64,000 bases of DNA, from assembly GCA_964016885.1 (NCBI GenBank), contig OZ024744.1, forward strand, positions 61,194,001 to 61,258,000, written 5' to 3'. Position numbers and translations under genes: made by a program. The notes beneath the pieces are model-generated. The model ran no database searches. It was not told the origin of the DNA and saw nothing but the letters and a program-made list of their open reading frames with translations. Of the stretch, positions 58,051 through 64,000 are shown one piece after another. The stretch's first letter is position 1; every line of letters starts with the position of its first letter. The stretch comes from Eledone cirrhosa. Lineage: Eukaryota.

Positions 58051-61000
58051 TTTAATTTTGGCCGAAAATTTTAGGATTTATAAAATGGCCTCCTTGTCCC
58101 TCTTAATCTTTACACCCCCCCCCCCCCTTATATCGTATTACGCGCCAGCTAGTTCACCCTTTCAATCACTCCCTTCTCTCACCAAATATAAATAAACCTG
58201 TTACGAGGTACGAATCTCAGAATTTGTCAATGCTTATTAATGGTCAGCCCTACTCGCCCACCCTCCTGCGAAATGTAATGTAAAATGCCATTTTTTTCTT
58301 GTCTCTCCAGCCTCTCGGTCCATTCATTCATATATCCGTATCATCGCCCAGAATCCAATCTTTTGCTCTTTTTCAATGCTATTCTATAATTCTGTCTGGT
58401 TGTTCTAAATAGTCTTCTTGTATTTTAAAACCCCATTATTCGCTTATTACTGTTATATGCTTGTCCAATTATGCCCAAAATTCGAAGATTTTATTTAAAC
58501 CCTCTCACTAACTACCCCATACCCCTCCCACCCGCCCCCACTCTCCACCATTATTATTTGGACCAATCATAACTCAGCGGCCAATGCTATCACTCCTGGT
58601 TGCTTGCCGATATGATGGATGGACTAAAGAATTCTGGAGAGTCTGAAAAATTTGGACACTCAGTGACAATGCCAAAGATAAAGACAAACTCACCTCACGG
58701 TGCCGGACAAAATGGCAAGGACTCCTCCTCTTTGTTTCGGCCGCGGATGGCCAACATAACCCCATCCCCCTCACCGCACCCCACCGTTGCCACCCACCAA
58801 ATGCAATACAAAACTTCAGAGTTGGTACCATGAATGTAGGCACCTTAAAAGGTCGCTCTAACGAGGTTGTAGAAATGCTTGAAGGTAAGGAGGTTGATGT
58901 TTGCTGTATCCAAGAGACCAGGTGGAGGGGGTGGGTCTGCTAGATTCATTGTGGGTAAAAAAACAATTATAAGCTTTTCTGGGTGGGAAATGACAATGGG
59001 CTGGGTGGGGTAGGAATCATGTTAGCAGAAAAATGGGTAGATAAGATAATAGACGTAAATAGAGTGAACGACAGAATAATTAAAATAAGACTTGTCCTAA
59101 ATAGAACTACTGTGACAGTAATATCTGCATATGCTCCCCAATCCGGACTGCCTGGCACTATAAAAGACAGATTCTATGAGACATTGATGCTCACTACCTC
59201 CCAAATAACCGACAGTGACTACATAATTATTGCTGGCGACCTAAATGGTCACGTTGGACAACATTGTGACGGCTATGACGGAATCCATGGAGGCTATGGG
59301 TTTGGTACTAGAAATGAGGAAGGCTCCAGAATCCTGGAATTCTGTGACGCAAATAACCTAACTATCTGTAACACTAACTTCAAAAAACGAGACAATCCCT
59401 TGATCACCTATAGATCAGGGGAACACACCAGTCAGATAGATTATATCCTTACCAGAAGAAGTGATAGAGTGTCTGTTGTAAACACTAAATCCCTCCCCCA
59501 TGAAGAATGCACCTCCTAACATAGACTCATAGTCAGCGACCTCATAGTCAGGACAAGACGTACTCGACAACAGAGGTGGGCTATCCTCAGGAGAAAAATA
59601 TGGAAGCTAAAGGACCCCACAGCCAGTAATAAATTTAAAAGCATATAACTTGATGCTTTCGACAGTAAGGAAGAGCAATTAGAGTCGTACAATATAGAGG
59701 AACAGTGGGAATTCCTGAAAGCTAACCTGCTGAAGGCGGCAGCTGAAGACTGTGGCTGGAGCAGGCCTATAGGCAGGAGGAGAGTAACGTGGTGGTGGAA
59801 CAGTAAGGTGGAGGAGTCAATTAAGGCCAATAAGCAGGCTTGGAAAGTATGGCAGGACGGAGGAAGTAGAGAAGACTATCAAGTGGCCAGGAGGGAAGCT
59901 AGGAGACAAGTGTACTTCACAAGAAGGGAAGCAGAGGAAAGAAAGTTCAAGCATGTTCTACAATGCGAGGACCAAAAACATGAGGTGTTCAGGATTGCTA
60001 GGCAATGTGTCAAGGAAAACCGTGATATTGTCGGGGAGAAGTGTGTCCTTAATGATGATGGTGTACTTGCCATCACTGACGCTGATAAGAAGGTAGCTTG
60101 GAAGTGTCACTACGAAAGGCTACTAAATGAGGAGAATAAATGGGAGAAAGACAGTCTCCCCCACATCGATCCAATAAAGGGACCAGCAATGCTATTTGAA
60201 GGTAGTATAATAAGTAAGGCACTCAAAGATATGAAGACGGGTAAGGCGGCTGGGCCTTCAGAAATAGTTGCTGAAATGCTGAAAGCATCTGGAACGGTGG
60301 GACACACTATGGTCACCCGGATAGTAAACCAAGTCATACAGAATGGGGCTGTTCCGAAGGACTGGCATAGCAGCATCATCATTAACTGCTACAAGGGTAA
60401 AGGAGACGCCCTAGATAGGGGTAACTATAGAGGCATTAAATTAGTTGACCAGGTCATGAAGGTCACAGAAAGAGTTATAGCACAATTAATCAGAGAGAGA
60501 ATTGATCTAGATGAAATGCTCTTTTCATTGTACGACAACTACAGGAGAAGTACCTAGCTAAAAGTAAACCCCCATACTTAGCTTTTGTTGACTTGGAGAA
60601 AGCCTTTGACAGAGGCCCCCGCTCCATTATCTGGTGGGCTCTTAGAAAACTAGGTGTTGATGAATGGTTTGTGAGCTATATACAAGCCATGTATAAAGAA
60701 ACAGTCAGCAAGGTTAGAATTAACAACGAATATAGTGAAGAGTTTAGCGTAAAAGTTGGTGTTCATCAGGGCTCCGTTCTTAGCCCCCTACTATTTATTA
60801 TTGCCCTTCAGGCTATAACAGAGGAGTTCAAGACCGGCTGCCCATGGGAACTCCTATATGCAGATGATCTACCGCTCATAGCCGAATCAATGGCTGAGCT
60901 AGAGAAGAAATTCGAAACATGGAAGCATGGCCTAGAATTTAAAGGCCTTAAAATTAACCATGCTAAGACTAAAGTTCTAATTTGTAGGAAGGAAAATAGG

Positions 61001-62190
61001 GCACCGGTCCCATCTGGGAAATGGGCATGCTCAGTGTGTAGGAAAGGAGTAGGCAGAAACTCCATTTTATGTCCCAAATGCAAAGTATGGGTGCATAAAA
61101 GATGTAGTGGGATCACAGGTAAGCTAACTAAGAATATAGATTTTATGTGGCTGGTGCTCAGGTGCAATAAGTAGCAGCAAGTGCTCACAGAATACTAGCT
61201 CATTCCATTGCACAGATGGTTCTATAGAAATAGTGGACACCTTCCGTTACCTGGGTGACAAAATCAGCAGTGGGGGAGGGTGTTCTGAAAGTACAGTAGC
61301 TAGTCAGAACGGGATGGAAAAAGTTCAGAGAGCTTATACCACTATTGGCCGCTAAAGGTTTCTCTCTAAAAATGAAAGGCAGGCTGTATGATGCCTGCAC
61401 AGGATCAGCAATGTTACATGGCAGTGAGACCTGGGCATTGTGTGCAGAGGATATACGCAGACTGGAGAGGAACGAAGCTTGCATGCTCCGCTGGATGTGT
61501 AATAGTAATATACGTGAACGGCAAAGAATAAACGAACTAAGGGAGAAATTAGGAATAAGAGGGATCAGATGTTGTTTACTCGAGAGAAGACTACGTTGCT
61601 ACGGTCACGTGATGCGCATGAAAGACGACAGCTGTATAAAAAAGTGCAGGGCGATAAAAATAGACGGTAGCCACGGAGTAGGCAGACCCAGAAAAACCTG
61701 GGACGACTTGATAAATTCCGACCTCACACACTTACACCTCTCCAAGACAATGTCACTGGACCGAGATCTTTGGCGCTACACAGTAATACAAAGACCCGCC
61801 TTGCCTAAGTACAAAGCGAAACCTACAGTCAGTAGGCACCTCTAACAAAAATACACCCTGTCCCACTACCCCCACCCCATCCACACCACCCCCTTCAATG
61901 TGAAGTTATGTTGGTACCACAACATCCAGTCCGAAACAAATGAGGTCGTGTAGGTGTCATGACAAAAAACACACAGTCCACGCTGTAATGTGGCCGTGTA
62001 GGTAACACGGTAAAAACCTCCCAGTCCACACTGTAAACGTGTTTGGTGTTAGGAAGGGCATCCAGCCGTAGAAAACCCGCCAGACAGCCTATACGATCAG
62101 GACAACCAATCTTGCCTCAAGTGGAAAAACTCCTGTCCAAACCCATGCAAGCGTGGAAGATGGACGTTAAACGATGATGATGATGATGAT
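58051..62190 (+). mobile_element. RTE family A, full-length degenerate copy with a divergent 5' UTR
   Basis: APE, RT (YADDL), PHD, stops and frameshifts (TAA at 59517, deletion near 60518), (GAT)n tail. Confidence 0.94.
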
Positions 62191-62224
62191 AAACATACAT
62201 GTGTATATATATATACACACACAT

Positions 62225-63323
62225 GGAGTTTAGTGAGGAATTCCAGATACAAGTAGGAGTACATCAGGGTTCGGTCCTCAGCCCGCTCTTGTTCATTATA
62301 GTCCTCCAAGCCACAACAGAGGAGTTTAAGACTGGCTGTCCATGGGAACTTCTCTATGCTGACAATCTGGTTCTTATAGCAGAATCAGTAGAGGAGCTAG
62401 AGAATAAATTCTGGCTATGGAAACAGCAGTTGGAAGCAAGAGGACTGAGAGTGAACCTAGCTAAGACAAAAGTGTTGATGAGTAGAAAAGAGGACAAAAC
62501 TCTGATTCCATCAGGGAAATGGCCATGTTCGATATGCAGAAAAGGAACTGGCATAAATTCTATAAAATGCACACAATGCAGATCTTGGGTAGACAAGAGA
62601 TGTAGTGGGATAGCATGCAAACTAACAGGTAGGGAGAAATATGTATGCAGTAGATGTACAGGGAAATTAGACAGTAGAAGTCGCATTGATAGTCACATTT
62701 TTCAAATGCAGGTGGGTTCTATAGAAATGGTTAATAGCTTCCGGTACCTAGGTAATCAGATTAGGATGGGAGGAGCGTGTTCCGAGACCATAGTATCTAG
62801 AATAAGGATGGGTTGGAAGAAGTTTAGGGAGCTGCTTTCTCTGCTGACGAAGAAGGGTTGCTCCCTGGGTACGAAAGGCCAGTTATATGATGCCTGTGTG
62901 AGGTGCGCGATGCTGCATGGTAGTGAGACATGGGCAGCAACTGCAGAAGATATGCGATGACTGGAGAGAAATGAGGCAAGCATGCTCCGTTGGATGTGCA
63001 ATGTCAATGTGCGTGAACGACCGAGCATGGATGTGTTGAGAGAGAAGCTGTGTTTAAGAGGGATAAATTGTAGTGTGTGAGAGAGAAGACTGTGATGGTA
63101 TGGACATGTGATGTGCATGGAGGATGACCGATGGGTGAAGAAGTGCCAGGAAATGCCAGTTGAAGGAAGACGTGGTAGAGGTAGACCACGAAAAACATGG
63201 GCGGAGATGGTGAGAGCAGACCTCAGATTGCTGAAGGACTGTGACAAGTGGAGAGTTGTTGTACTGAATAGGACCTGTCCCACCCTCGCAAGCAGGGAAA
63301 AGTGGACGTAAAATGATGATGAT
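62225..63323 (+). mobile_element. RTE family C, 5' truncated, degenerate
   Basis: [20 protein letters not shown]-like CSICRKG...CTQC...CSRC, in-frame stops, (GAT)n tail. Confidence 0.92.
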
Positions 63324-63496
63324 ATACATACATGTGTGTATATATACATACGTGCGTGTATATACATATACATACATACATACCTGTGTACACATATACA
63401 TATATACGTGTACATACATACATATACATACATACATACCTGTATACACATATACATACATATATACGTGTGTGTATATATACACATATACATACG

Positions 63497-64000
63497 TGTG
63501 CAATAAAGATAGATGGTAGCCACGGAGTAGGCAGACCCAGAAAAACCTGGGACGAGCTGATAAATTCCGACCTCACACACTTGCACCTCTCCAAGACAAT
63601 GTCACTGGACCGAGAGCTTTGGCGGTACTCAGTAACAGAGAAGACCCGCGTTACCTAAATACAAAGTAAAACCTACTACAGTCAGTAGGCATCTCTAACA
63701 AAATACACCCCCGTCCCACCACCCTCACCCCATCCACACTGCCCCTTTCAATGTAAAGTTATATTGGTGCCACAAAATCCAGGCCAAAACAAATGGTGTC
63801 ACGAAAAAAAAAAACACACAGTCCACGCTGTAATGTGACCGTGTAGGCAACACGGTAAAAACGTCCCAGTCCCACACTGTAAATGTGGTTGGTGTTAGGA
63901 AGGGCATCCAGCTGTAGAAAACCTGCCAGACAGTCCACGCTGTAATGTGGCCGTGTAGGCAACATGGTAAAAACCTCCCAGCCCCACACTGTAAATATGG
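63497..64000 (+). mobile_element. RTE family A 3' fragment (runs off window)
   Basis: [17 protein letters not shown]...; 3' UTR with tandem duplication. Confidence 0.92.

Overview
Eukaryotic, gene-free transposon island with no host gene, tRNA/rRNA gene or CRISPR array. A cephalopod (Octopus-like) origin is inferred from the SINE head, the CR1 tail and the extreme TA content. Roughly a third of the window is interrupted (TA)n microsatellite, which produces all the 'YIYIHI' ORFs. The tracts host: (1) three related RTE-clade LINE families with (GAT)n tails and a PHD finger inside the RT region, including a copy with an uninterrupted ORF (48561-51731, minus) whose 5' UTR is amplified into a 483/493-bp tandem array; (2) two CR1/L2-group LINE families, one with a CCCH zinc finger upstream of the endonuclease; (3) five copies of a ~610-bp bipartite non-autonomous RTE derivative; (4) a 2.5-kb non-autonomous Helitron retaining a spliced remnant of its RepHel N-terminus; (5) a tRNA-derived SINE fragment; (6) Penelope-like (probably Naiad-type) elements. 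The main hidden signal is that most apparently unique islands between TA tracts are Penelope-like ends or fold-back inversions carrying type I hammerhead ribozyme motifs. I read 15 motifs in 8 sequence families, with core variants and greatly expanded or branched helix II. All calls are from reading the sequence by eye; no alignment, folding or database search was run.
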